63,848 bases of DNA, filler included, from Neolecta irregularis DAH-3 (GCA_001929475.1; 9 parts of 9 records of this genome joined end to end with filler, not necessarily neighbours in it), one strand, 5' to 3'. Shown: positions 11,421 through 24,051, numbered from the whole stretch's first letter. A program made the numbers and translations. Notes: a model not told the origin generated them from the sequence alone.

Positions 11421-13039
11421 AACTTCATTTCTCTCAGAATCATTAGCAGATGATTTCTGTGCCAAAAGGACTTTATTTAGCTAGAAATTAGTTGAATGAA
11501 TGAAACCTTTGGGAAGCGGTATATGGGTGAGGCCGTGTACAACCAAAAGGGTACCGTAAAAGATGGGTCTTCCGTTGATTTTGCAGATGACATCCACTAC
11601 CCGACTTTAACTGTCGAACAGACTCTCGGTGGAAAAATGAGGGGCTGAAGTCGGCGTGACTGTGGTTGTAATTGCTGCTGGGCATACTAGGCTGGGCGGG
11701 GCCCGGTCAAAGGATGTCCGCGATGAGGGAGACCGAGTACGGCGGGAACAGCCAGGCAGTAGAGGAGAAGGTGATGCTGGTGGTCTCAACCGCAGTGTGT
11801 ATTTTGTTGCAGGGGTAGTCTGCAGCGGGGGTGCGATCATGGTCGAGGCAGTGCTGCGGGAGCGGGGTGTTGAAGGCGACGGCGTGGATCTGCGGGGCAG
11901 ATTTTCGAGTAGTGCAATATGGTCGAGGAGGGCGGAGTGGGCGGGGGGGCTGCCATACGAGGATGCTGCGGGCGGTGCTGAGGGGCAGGGAGAAGGTGTA
12001 GTCTGCAGACAAGCTGTAGTCTGCGGTGCAGAGGAGCGAGCAGGGCGCGGGATCCAGGAGAGCAGGGCGTCAGTAATTCCAGCCAGAGAGATGTGTGCAA
12101 GCCAGGGCAAGGAAGCCGTGGTTGTTGTAGCGGCGCGGGTACATCGAAGGAAAGGAAGGGCGCGAGCTCCTAGTCCGCAGGGTGCAGTCTGGGAGGTCGC
12201 CGGGAGTCTGAGCGGGGATCTGGAGGGACATAGAGGTCAGCGAGGGCGAGGAGGGCGCCGTGGAGAGAGGTGAGAGACGGCAGGAAATATCTGCGCGTAG
12301 AAAAACTGCCAACCCGAGAAGCCTGCTCCAACAATATACATTATTATATTAAACTACTGAACACTCTAAGCCCCGTCTCTATCCTCAGCCCTGCTAATTG
12401 TCACCTGCCGAACGACCAGATCAAAGACAGCCATTAAGTTTGTCATATCGATTCCGTAAATCTTTTCTTTGTGCTTCCTGCCCAACCATGTCGCGTATTG
12501 TTCTACCGCCCTGCCTCCATCAAATGTCTGCCCGGCCAACCTAAATATTTGCTCCCTCAATGACTTGTGTGTCAATGCTGCTNNNNNNNNNNNNNNNNNN
12601 NNNNNNNNNNNNNNNNNNNNNNNNNNTTAATTAATTAANNNNNNNNNNNNNNNNNNNNNNNNNNNNNNNNNNNNNNNNNNNNCACGAGTACGACCGGCGG
12701 ATAAGCCGCAACGGCAACCACCCGCCTCCGGCGCCGACCGGCGGGAGTGTTGGGTACGTCGAGGGCAACGGGCCCGCGTGGATGCACAAGGCTCGCTACC
12801 CGCGCCGCGCAGGCCCGCAGTTTGGGCGCGGGGCGGGGCGCAGCGCGGGGCCGTGGCTTGCGCGGGCAGGGCAGCGCGGGACGGACACGTATATTCCGCG
12901 CGAGCGCAGCAGAGAGCGCACCCGCAGCAGAGAGCGCGCATCCCGCCCAGGCAAAGACTCGTATGTTCCTGCGCGGGACGGGGCAGGCGGCAACCGCTCG
13001 CGCACGCCGGTGCTGGACTACTAGTGCTGGCGGTGTCCT

Positions 13040-13330
13040 GGCAATGTTGCTGGTATTCTGGCTGCTGTGTGCGGTTGTATAATTGCTGGCCTGTTGTGGT
13101 GCGATGGGATGCATGGAAAGGTCTCGCTGCAGTGTGCGGCTGTATACATGGCGAGCATTGTTGGTATTCTGGCTGCAGTGTGCGGTTGGATACATGGAAA
13201 GTATTAGTATTGCTAGCCTGCAGCGTGCGGTTGTATACATGGCAAGTATTGTTAGTATTGCTGACTGCAGTGTGCGGCTGTATACATAGAAACGGTCGTT
13301 ACCAGCCTGCTAGTATTACTGGCTGCTATT
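13040..13330. repeat. Degenerate minisatellite of about 45 bp (core CTGCAGTGTGCGGYTGTATACATGG)
   Basis: Five to six imperfect copies upstream of aspartate kinase. Confidence 0.8.
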
Positions 13331-13411
13331 ATATGCCTGTCTGCATTTGCCCCCCCCGCCTCTGACTCGCTATAGCCCCAACCCTGCCAGCGCGCTCTGC
13401 ACTTGGCCAAC

Positions 13412-15263
13412 ATGTTGACTCGTCCGCCCTTGTCAAACGCGACCTCCTCCAAAGGCTGGATCGTGCAGAAATTCGGAGGGACTAGTGTGGGTAAATTTGC
13501 CTCAAATATCGCCACACATATCGTGCCGTTTGGCTTGCTCTCTTCCTGCCGCTTGTTGATTCTTGAAGATCCCATCTCGACCAAAACAGACTCGTCGTCG
13601 TATGCTCCGCCAGAAGCTCGGATACAAAGGGCCAGGGAACGACAAACATGTTTCTCTTGTAACCTGGCTCCAGTCTGATCAACAAGGCTTCTAAGAGCAG
13701 CCGAATCAGCCTTGATAAGGGATTCGAACGACTTTCTGCAGATTGTCGCACAAGTTCGCGAGGATCATCTCAAAGCTGCCCGAGAATTAATCTCAAACAA
13801 GGACAAATTGGAAATTTTAACAAAAGAGATCGCAGCGGATTGCGAACGATTGTCTAGTTTTCTGACAGCTGCCCAGGTAGGTCATGCAGAACCTCCTACC
13901 AACTGCTAGATTATTGGGGAGATCAGCCCAAAGACAAAGGACGTTATCGTCGGTGCCGGCGAGAAATTGAGCTGTATATTAATTTCGGCTTTGATGAATG
14001 ACAAGGCATTTTTCTTGGAAATTCCTGGTTCTCTAACCCGATAAGGGAGTGGATGCCCAGCTCGTGAATTTAGAACACGTCATACCAATAGATTACAGCC
14101 TTCCAAAAGACGGCCTTGATGAAGCTTTTTATACATACCTATCCGCAAAACTTGCCGAAGAAATCGATAAATGCAAAGGCAAGGTTCCAATTGTGACAGG
14201 CAACTAACTGTTCTTTCAATGTTGGTCTAACGAAATAGGATTCTTTGGGATTGTTCCTGGCAGTCTTTTGAATCAGATTGGTCGAGGTTACACCGATCTA
14301 TGTGCCGCACTGTTGGCAGTTGGATTGGATGCAGATGAACTTCAAATCTGGAAGGAAGTTGACGGAATATTCACAGCAGATCCAAGAAAAGTTTCTACTG
14401 CAAGATTACTACGCACAATCACGCCTGAGGAAGCCGCTGAATTGACCTTTTTTGGTTCAGAAGTACTACATCCTGCGACTAGTAAAAAAACCACTTTTCC
14501 CAGTTTGAATTCTAATATGATACAGTGGAACATGTTATAAAAGCAAGAATACCAATTCGTATCAAGAATGTAGAGAATCCAACTGGTAGCGGCACAATCA
14601 TCTTTCCAGACACAGTGGCTCGAAAGGGCGCAGAAACCCCTCTTCACCCGCCAAGACTTCTTCAAACAGATCTCCTCACCGATTCACACGTTTTCAGAAG
14701 ACGTAAACCTACAGCTGTTACAATAAAAGATAAAATCGCTGTTCTAAACATTCATTCAAATCGAAAGACATTATCGCATGGCTTCTTCGCCAAAATATTT
14801 CATATTCTAGATCGTTGGAAACTTGTAGTTGATTTAATTTCTACATCTGAAGTTCATGTTTCCATGGCTCTACATGCTGAAATCCGGGAAAGCGACTTGA
14901 AATATGCAATAGAGGAACTCAAATTAGTAGGGACTGTATAATCATCTTTTCACAATCCTTCGTAACAAAATACAGGTCGATGTCCTTCGAGGAATGGCGA
15001 TTCTCTCACTTGTCGGGAAACAAATGAAGAATATGGTTGGAATTGCAGCCAATATGTTTCAGACGCTTGCTCAATCAAATATTAATATCGAGATGATTTC
15101 ACAGGGCGCCAGCGAAATTAATATATCTTGCGTCATTGATGAGAAGGACGCCATCAAGGCTTTAAATGTTATCCATCTACAACTTCTAGGAAGCGGTGAC
15201 GGCGATGATGGGTTCGCTGTAGCTTTTAGTAAGCTGGAAAAGAAACCTTGGTTATTCAGATAA
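13412..15263 (+). CDS. HOM3: Aspartate kinase, 7 introns
   Basis: VQKFGGTSVG, GEKLS, IGRGYTDLCAAL, WKEVDGIFTADPR and C-terminal ACT domains (ISTSEVHVS, MISQGASEINIS). Confidence 0.96.
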
Positions 15264-15787
15264 AATTATTTGGCGTGAACGGTCCAAATTTGATACATAG
15301 AAGTTGGATCGTACCTTGTGATCTTGGCCTCAGATCTGCAAGACTTGAAGAAGCGACGTCAGTGTCGATCAATAGTGACGAGGTCGGGCCGTTGTGGTAT
15401 TCTCTAAAGGCGGATTATTGACGAGGAACTTTTATACATATTCAAATATGTCCTAGCTCATAGTCTGCCTTCTGCCAGTATTACAATAGTTTTTGATCTG
15501 GTTATAGTTATATCCAACAATAATACAAGAATCGAAACGTGGACGGGATAGAATGTTATTCTTTTAGATTATGAAATACAACCAATCAACTCTTGTTCTA
15601 CATCTTGCTAATCATGCTTTTATTTCAATTTGTTTCGGCTCTTTGCCATCAATTGTGATTCTGTGATTCTCTTCAACTTAATCACGGAACAATATTCAAC
15701 TTGTAAATTTCTTCATCTTTTTATCAAAAGATTGCAATCTATATGCTCAATTTGCTGTAACTTGGAGATCCAGACTCCAAAATCTCA

Positions 15788-16623
15788 ATGGAGTGGACTG
15801 CGTTAAAGCCAACCCCAGAATATCTACTGCAAATGTGTAACATCCCTTTACCAGAGCTTTCCTTGATCCAACAACTCCCAATATTTCCTCCTGATTCAAC
15901 TCCAAAGTCGTTATTGCCATATTTGTCTCCTATAACCCGACATCGCGTTGAACTTTTGTCTCTCGGACAAGCAAGCTGGACTAATGCGATCTCCTGGCTG
16001 CCACCAGAGTATGGGTCCGGAATTGCATCGCATCTGAGTCAGTTGAAGCGCAAAGATATAGACACGGCTCAGTTTTTCGGGTTCCAGAAACCAGATCAGG
16101 ATACCCTCTTTGCTAGCTACAGAATTGACGGTCTGAATTTTGTGTTCCTCTGGGTGGTCGACGACGACGACCAGGGATGTCCCGCAGCATGGAAGTTGCA
16201 TAACATTATCTCCACCACCCATGAAGATATTTCTCAATGGTTTGGGAAATTAGAGGATGCCCGAATGGCCTTTGAAAGACAAAAGGCAATACCCTCGACC
16301 TCAACCGTAGTTAATCTCTGCAGAAAACTTCAGTAAACATACCACTAGGTGAAGATCCTTCATATTGGGAGCAATATGACGAAACTATACCACTAGAAAA
16401 GAGTTTACCGACCACTTCTGACCCCGTAAAGACTAATCCATGCTTTATAAAGTATGCGAGTCAACAAGTTCAGGGAGATGACATTGCAAATACCCCTTTG
16501 GAAATCCATATTTTCGATGTTGTTAGAAGCCTTCGCAATCTTGCCATTTCGAATAACATGTCGAACGAAGAGTTTAGAGATTTGGTAGAAAAGTGTTGCT
16601 CGAATGATACACTGTTTCATTGA
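15788..16623 (+). CDS. Conserved fungal hypothetical protein
   Basis: 182-aa ORF, a short intron at about 16308-16349, then an open exon (SYWEQYDETIP...VRSLRNLA...EEFRDLV) to TGA at 16623. Confidence 0.6.
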
Positions 16624-17074
16624 GTCTGCATTTTGTTAGGCTGTAGGTTTGAATCACAGCTATTCTCATTTTATGTCTGGGGATATGTCTTATTGTGCTT
16701 CCGTGAGGCACTCACATACGTAGTTGCCTTTATCCTCAGGATCCCGGTATTACACATCAACCTAAACCTCCAGAGCGACCAGCCCGGACACCCAACGGTC
16801 ACAGAATTACTCTACGAAATATACAACTAAGATCCTCACCGAGTAAGAGAACGTCCACAGTTTAGTACTCACAACTGTCGAAATAATTGCAGAAATACCA
16901 GGGATACCTTGCTAAATTAACTCTAGAACGCTACGATTCCCTAATCAATCCCGTCACCTTAGATCTCTTATCCATGATTTCCATGCCTACAATGCTATCT
17001 TGAAAACGTTTCAATGGGCTTTTAGCTCACAGGTAAGTCCAGGCAACCTACCTATATCTTTCAAAACATGAAAG

Positions 17075-17413
17075 ATGGAACCCCAGGGACTTTTTAAACG
17101 GTCAGTCCGAAAGCATAAACGGACACTATGGAGGTATCCAGACACTAGATCTGGTGTTGCGATAGTAATAGTGAACAAAATTTTATTGAGGGTGACTGCA
17201 TTCAACAAGTTGAAAGAAGCATTGACGAATCCGCCTATCCTATCGGACCTTGACGAAAATTCGGGAGAACCTATCTGGCTGTCATTCGATGCATCGATGG
17301 TTGGAATAGGAGGCAAACTCTCGCAAGGTATAAAGAAGGGTGCAAAGACAATTTCCTATGCGTCGCGATCGTTTTCGCCTGCAGAAGTTAATTATCCAGT
17401 CCATGAGCAGGAA
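17075..17413 (+). mobile_element. Ty3/gypsy LTR-retrotransposon pol fragment (RT connection/RNase H), truncated by gap
   Basis: AFNKLKEALTNPPIL...FDASMVGIGGKLSQ...ISYASRSFSPAEVNYPVHEQE is the typical Ty3/gypsy RNase H signature. The upstream sequence is degenerate. Confidence 0.88.
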
Positions 17414-17513
17414 NNNNNNNNNNNNNNNNNNNNNNNNNNNNNNNNNNNNNNNNNNNNTTAATTAATTAANNNNNNNNNNNNNNNNNNNNNNNNNNNNNNN
17501 NNNNNNNNNNNNN

Positions 17514-17992
17514 AGCAAACACTAAGGTCGTGGTCTCAAGTCCCTCAAGATTGGCAAATGCTTCTTCCTGGATATTGTTTTATGAGTTTGGAAAAAGACC
17601 AGAGAATCACAGAAGAGCAAGTTGTGTATAAAGCCAAGTCATCAGTTTGCACACATGCGTATGGAGTGCGGCATAGTTTGCTGAGCAAGCTGATTGAACT
17701 ATCTGCCCCGAGAGTAGGAGTGGCCATTGATATACAGGCATTTACGGATCCTCTTTCGAATAAGGAATATACGGCGTATGCGTGGATACCTCCAGTGTTT
17801 AATCAGCGACCTCTTACGATAAAGTATGGATCGACTGTACAAGGCGAGGATGGTAGTGTGCAAAAAGAGGACCGACTTGTTCGAGATGACTGGAGACGAA
17901 AGAATAATCACCAGTTCCCTTTGGATCAGAGCACGGCTCATGCCACTGGATCTGATTACTGGATAGGTCTTGAAGAAGAGCCAGAGACTTAG
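17514..17992 (+). CDS. 3' part of an unidentified protein (5' end lost in gap)
   Basis: Open frame of at least 144 aa from the contig edge; no family recognised. Confidence 0.35.
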
Positions 17993-18338
17993 ATAATGCT
18001 ACTATATAATCACCACTAAATTATTAATGGACTGCGCCAGCGAGGGAGTCGCCCTTTGTATTTGCGTCTGTTACAAGGCTGGCTTTGTGTGGGTGCCACC
18101 ATGGTGCCTGACCTGTAGTCACGCCCATCTCCCGTCTAAATTTATGTCTCGCGCTGGTTAATATGAATATTGGAGACGATTGCAATTTTCAGTTGAGCAG
18201 CACTAGAAACGGATAATTGTAAGACTTCTAGGTCTAATACTTGTGAAGCTGCGCTACAACCAAACGATTGGGTTGTTCACATGCATATGGAGGTTTGCAT
18301 AGAAGGATCTCTCTACAGGACTAGTTGAAGATACAAAA

Positions 18339-18776
18339 TCACGACTCGACGACCAATACTACTGTGCCGACGAGGGAATCGCCCTTGGGAGCAAGGATGT
18401 AGTACAGCGTCTCGGAGCGGCTCTTGGCTGCTCTGAAAAACAAGACATCAGCGCCCGCGTCTGCGTGCTGCCTGACGAGATCGACGACGTCTGCGTACGA
18501 GTTGTGCGGATCAAAGTCGCTCGCTGTGGTTTGGCGGACGGGCAGCTTGAACACGCGGCCGATGCGGGTTTCCGGCGGCAGGTGCGGGAAATCGGCGATG
18601 TGCAGCGAGCAGAAGGGTTCGTCGGCCTCGCTGACGTAGAGCCTGCCGCAGAGGGGCGCGTCGAGTGGTGGATATGCGCATACAGGCCATTCGGCGCTGG
18701 CGGGTTCTGCGGCGGGTTCTGCGGCGGGGGTTTTGTTTGCAGCGGCCAGAAATTGCTGGTACTCTGGATCAGCCAT
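18339..18776 (-). CDS. NuiA (nuclease A inhibitor)-like small protein
   Basis: MADPEYQQFLAAAN...LYVSEADEPF...YYIL...VGTVVLVVES resembles the NuiA LY.SE.D.PF motif and terminal VE(T/S). Intronless. Confidence 0.65.
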   Translation of the reverse strand: MADPEYQQFLAAANKTPAAEPAAEPASAEWPVCAYPPLDAPLCGRLYVSEADEPFCSLHIADFPHLPPETRIGRVFKLPVRQTTASDFDPHNSYADVVDLVRQHADAGADVLFFRAAKSRSETLYYILAPKGDSLVGTVVLVVES

Positions 18777-18809
18777 GGTGGTGTCTCCGGGTCCGCCGGC
18801 GGTAGCGAT

Positions 18810-18924
18810 CCACCCGGGGGATTTTGTTCCACCCGGGGATTTTGCTCCACCCGGGGATTTTGTTCCACCCGGGGATTCTGCTCCACCCGGGGATTCTGCT
18901 CCACCCGGGGATTCTGTTCCACCC
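18810..18924. repeat. 18-bp tandem repeat CCACCCGGGGATTYTGYT, about 6 copies
   Basis: Directly visible between the divergent NuiA-like and PDK genes. Confidence 0.95.
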
Positions 18925-19255
18925 AATGTATCCAGTCCCAGCGGCCCTCTCCACCCGCGGCACTGTCGCTCCACCGGTGCCCTGTGCTGTTCCGCCAGCA
19001 CCCTCACACACATCTGCCGCGCGCCCCGCTCGCGCAGCAGCAGTGCGCATCGCAGGCGACTGGGAGCTGCAGTGCCTGCGCGCCGCCCAGGTGTCCGCGG
19101 TATGGCCCCACACAGGCGCCGCTGACCCAGACAGACCCCGCTCAGAGTGCGCAACATGCAGCTGGATGCTTTGTATGGGCACAAGTAGTTAAATGACCCG
19201 CCGTGGCCCATATGGCAGAATGACTAGATTATCGCTGTAGCTGCAATCCACCACC

Positions 19256-20668
19256 ATGTACCGCATCACCCCCCATCTTTATGACCAGATCCGCCACTTT
19301 GCCGCTTTCCCCCAGACTGGCGTCTCCCTCCAGCAAATGGTCCAGTTTGGCTCAACGCCCAGCGATGGCACCCTCTTCAAGGCCTCCCAATTTCTCGGCG
19401 GTATCTTTCTTGTCCTTCGTCCCACCCACTAATCCAGACGAACTGCCAATCCGCCTCGCCCACAGAGTAAAAGAACTAGAAGAACTTCCAGACCGCCTCA
19501 ACGAAATGCCCAGCATCCAAAAAGTAAAGCTCTGGTACGCACAGTCGTTTGAGGTATACCACCAATTCACCCATACTAACTTCCGCAGGAACTCGTTACC
19601 CTCCCAAAACCAACTCTCTCCGCAGATCTGCGCCAATTGATTGCAAAAGCAGGAAACGGCAATGCTATTCCAGAAGCAAAACCAAACCCCTCCCTCATCC
19701 CAGATCTCCGCAATGGAAAGTACCACAACGGCCGCACTTCAGTTCCAGTAAGCAATAGGCGTGTCTCTCTTTAAACAAATCTCACCCACAAGATACTTTG
19801 GGAAACTAGACGACATCCCTTTTCCCCCAGAAATAAGCGCCTACAACGAGAAATTCACAAAAACCCTCTCCATAATCAAACGCCGCCATGACGCAGTAGT
19901 CGCCACCATCGGTACTTGGACACCCCGTCTCTAGTCTAATTTCCAGCCCAGGGAATCTTGGAATACAAAAAATCGCGTCAACGCTCACAAATAGACTCGT
20001 CCATCCAATCCTTCCTAGACAGGTTCTACATGTCCCGCATCGGCATCCGCATGCTCATAGGCCAGCATATCGCTTTAACAACTGAACCCCCTCGAACAGA
20101 CTACGTAGGAATAATCTGCACCCGCACAAATATCCGTCAATTATGCTCAGAAGCAATTGAAAACGCCCGCTTCATCTGTGAAGATTACTACGGCTTATAC
20201 GAATCCCCTCGCGTTCAACTCGTCTGTGATCCAGATTTATCGTTCATGTACGTACCAGGTCACTTATCTCACATGACTTTTGAAATCATGAAAAATAGTC
20301 TTCGCGCAGTTGTCGAAAAACACGGGATAAACGCATCTTCATTCCCTCTCATTAAAGTCGTCGTGGCTAAAGGAAACGAAGACATTACTGTGAAAATATC
20401 TGATGAAGGAGGCGGAATACCACGATCGGCGATGCCATTGGTTTGGACATATATGTACACCACCGCCCATGAACAAGATTTAGCTGCTGATTTCGATAAA
20501 TCCGATTTCAAAGCGCCGATGGCAGGGTTTGGATATGGACTACCTATTTCTAGACTTTATGCTAGGTACTTTGGTGGAGATTTGATTTTGATTAGTATGG
20601 AAGGATATGGAACTGATGTCTACCTGCATTTAAATAGGCTGAGTAGTTCTTCGGAACCGTTGGCTTGA
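19256..20668 (+). CDS. Mitochondrial pyruvate dehydrogenase kinase (BCKDK/PDK family), 4 introns
   Basis: ELPIRLAHRV, FLDRFYMSRIGIRMLIGQH, EIMKNSLRA, ISDEGGGIP, AGFGYGLPISRLYARYFGG. Confidence 0.95.
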
Positions 20669-21634
20669 TGCCATGTTGATTAGTTCTTGCATGATCCTGT
20701 TTGTAGATTGATCTAAAAAATATATATTTCCAAGCATGATACAAATATGATACGATTCGCCTGGTTATTGGATTCATATACCACAAATTGATACTTAGGA
20801 ACTAGAACCTTCGATTACCAGATGGTACGACACATTTTCTCAATATCACCATTCTCAGCGCATTAATTGCTCACTACCATAATTCCCTGCGACATATACC
20901 CTCATTCATCCAAGCACGCTGTCGCCTAATTCAATCCTTTGCATCCCCCCCCTTTTCCTCTCTCCCTCATGGCCGCTAAGACAAACACTCTGTCCCCCTT
21001 TTTTCCCCAACGCCATACTCTCGAACCCATCTCGCAACTAACTACAATACTTTCTCTCCTCCCCTGCAACAACCCTAATTTGGAAACCCTTTCTACTAGC
21101 AAACTGGCAGAGTCGCCTAATCCCCAACTATGAGTCTCGTTGGCGGTATGGTAAGCACTAACCACCCAACGGTCATTTCTCTTTCTTTCTCTACTTTTTC
21201 CACACTAATATTTTCCTTCTCTCGCTGTCTTTCTTAAACTACTTTTCTCGCTCCTCTGCTGGATAGGAGAACAGTGGGGCTATAAATATGGGCCTGGAGC
21301 CAGTCTTTTCGGATAGTCTCAATATACCGTCTTACGCGGCTCCCTCGTCCGCGCCGTTCACTAATAGTTTAGTAGTGATCACATAAGAGCATTACTTAAA
21401 TCTTTGGCTATTCTACAAGATCAATCCAGTAATCAGATCCAGTGGCATGAGCCGTGCTCTGATCCAATGGGAACTGGTGATTATTCTGTCGTCTCCAGTC
21501 ATCTCGAACAAGTCGGTCCTCTTTTTGCACATTANNNNNNNNNNNNNNNNNNNNNNNNNNNNNNNNNNNNNNNNNNNNTTAATTAATTAANNNNNNNNNN
21601 NNNNNNNNNNNNNNNNNNNNNNNNNNNNNNNNNN

Positions 21635-22659
21635 CAGCCGCTGCCGGCCTGCCCTCCGCCGCCGCGCTCGCCAGCCCCACCTCGCTCGTGCCCGCCCAGT
21701 TCAACTCGTGGGGCCCCGGCTCCCTCCGAAACGGCCCGCTGTCGCCCGCCATGCTCCAGGCCCCGCAGCCCGGCCTGCCCTTCGACTCCGCCCTCAGAAC
21801 CGGCCTCACCCCCAACGAATCAAACCTGCGCTCGGGCCTCACCCCCGTCGGCTTCCCCCTGCCCTCCCCAACCGCCGCCTCCCATCTTTTTGGCCTCCCC
21901 TCCTCCACAGAGCCCCTCTACCCGCACCCGCACCCGCACCCGCACCTCAATCCTCACATCCGCCACAGTTCCTCAGGCGATGCCTCCGTAGCCGCAAACA
22001 GCCTCTATCTCCTCGCCTCCGCCCCCGCCCAGCGCGCTGGCCCACAGAGACCTCCCACCGCAGCCCCCCCTAAATCCCGCAACGCCTCCATCCCCTTCGA
22101 TTCAGGAATGTCCTCCTCCCCCCCCAACGATGGCTCAATATCCCCAGAACTAAACACCGGCCCCCCCTCAAAATCCCGCGCCCGCAGAAAAGCAGAAGAC
22201 GATCTGTCAAATTCACACCAGTCAAAAAAGTCAAAAACCCTAAAAAGCTCAGAGATCATCGACGATGGCAAAGAAACAGAAGAAGACAAGAGAAAAAACT
22301 TTCTAGAACGAAACCGCGTCGCTGCCTTGAAATGCAGGCAACGCAAAAAACAGTGGCTCAATAATCTCCAGAGCAAAGTCGAATACTATAGCCAAGAAAA
22401 TGACCAACTCATGTCCCAAATCACCTCCCTTCGCGACGAAGTAGTAAACCTCAAAACACTCTTAATCGCCCACAAAGACTGCGCAATAGCCAAAGCCCAG
22501 GGCCTCGACACAATCCTAAGCAGAGGCGTCCAACCGCACTATGGTCCTCCCCCAGGCGTCATGCTCAGAAACGGCCACATCAGCGTCATGCCACAACAGC
22601 AACAGCAGCAACAACAACAACAACAACAACGCTCTTCTGCCCAACCAAATTCCTTTTAA
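21635..22659 (+). CDS. atf1: Atf1/AtfA bZIP transcription factor (5' end truncated by gap), with C-terminal polyQ
   Basis: LRNGPLSPAML and LRTGLTPNESNLRSGLTP (Atf1 HRA region) plus bZIP KRKNFLERNRVAALKCRQRKKQWL. Confidence 0.93.
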
Positions 22660-23933
22660 CGCCTTCTATCCTGTTCCATCCTTTATAAACATTTGGAGTT
22701 TGGGGTTATCTTCCGGAACTGCGTCCTGGGAACTGTATCGCTTATGGCATATGACGTGGAATCACCATCTCGTCTTCCACCATCATTGAATCGCGTCTCT
22801 CTTCTCTCCTCTTCCTTCTCTTCTCTTCTCTGTTTTTCTTCTTCCTTGTTTCAAGTGTTCTTTCGTATCACCAAAAACTCCACCACCACCCAGCAACACT
22901 TTGCACTCATCTGTACCTTTTCTCACTCCACCCTGTTAAACATGTACATTTTCCCCGAATCGATCACTTGAAGCACTTTCTTAGTTTGGTATTTTTACTT
23001 TTCTTTTTTTTTATTCGAGTTGAGAGATATACACGGCTTATACTGCTCTTGTTAATCATTTGATTTTTGGTTCTATGTCTTATGGCTTGAAAAGTACTTT
23101 TTTGCCGCTTGTCTCTGAGCCAGAGTCTTTTCTCCTGTATTCAATCGAGAGTTGTTCTCGTTTCCTTTCATCCGTCCCCGCTTTCCCATATTCATGCGAG
23201 ACATATTCCTGATTTCCAACTCTTCACTATCTGTAGACTCTACAGATTCGGTGTCCCAATCTGCGCCCATTCCCAGAACCTTTCTCATCTGACCAGTAAC
23301 CCAATCTCTCAAATACCCCCAAACACACCCCTCAATCTCTTCCGAAACAATTTCCTCTTCACGTTGAATAGTACCCCTTGATAATTAGCTTGGAAATAGA
23401 GTTTTTTACGCGCTTTTGTTCAGATGGAACCTCGGACATTCCAATCGGTCCCTGAACAAGCCTCTTTCCATCCTGAAAAACAAGTCCGCAACCGCCAATC
23501 GGTAACAATCCAGCTCTTCGCATAACAATATCACCCGTTTGAGGAAACAATATTGATCTAGTCATATCTAGAAACAAAACGCCAAACAAGGTTACTATTA
23601 TTATATCTTGATACTATGACAAAGGATCGCCTTGGATAAAGAAACTTGTCTTGCAGCTCATTTTTATTGTCATTAGCAAGATAAGGTAAATATGGCTTCG
23701 CGATAATGGAAAGGGAAATGCGTCATAGTATGCTCCGGATCTCCGTTATGACGTTTAACGCCCGCAAAGAATAACTTCAAAACATGTGCGAAATTTGTGT
23801 CAAGATATCATGGTACCTAGAATCCAGATGAACTTTATTTTTCAAAATGACCTCCGTTTTAAATGACCTCTGCTCTAAATCACCTTTTGGTGTTTGGGTC
23901 AAATTTGGTGTTTTAATGGTGTGGCGTAGGGCT

Positions 23934-23957
23934 TTCCAGGCTGTTCCAGAAACTTCC
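23934..23957 (+). promoter_or_regulatory. Heat-shock element
   Basis: Perfect gTTCcaGAAacTTCc at 23943-23957 with a further in-register TTC at 23934-36. It lies about 95 bp upstream of the Hsp20 ATG, and a TATA-like TATATTTAA follows at about 23983. Confidence 0.8.
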
Positions 23958-24051
23958 AGGGTACTCTGGTAACACCCTTTTGTATATTTAAGCGACAAAA
24001 TGCAGTGCCAATTCTGCCAACAGATCCATCTTTACCAGATACATCTCAAGT

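Noticed and set aside
13040-13330. Repeat-spacer appearance suggestive of a CRISPR array (also considered at 36477-36580 and 18810-18924)
   Set aside because: The linkers are related to each other or absent, the repeats are degenerate, the context is eukaryotic and no cas genes are present.
12627-13365. Stack of overlapping ORFs (similarly at 18359-19211 and 52764-54233)
   Set aside because: Stop-poor GC-rich or repeat sequence with no recognisable domains apart from the genes already called.
23073-23600. Short minus-strand ORFs between atf1 and Hsp20
   Set aside because: Could be a small spliced gene, but I could not establish a recognisable family or a convincing exon structure.
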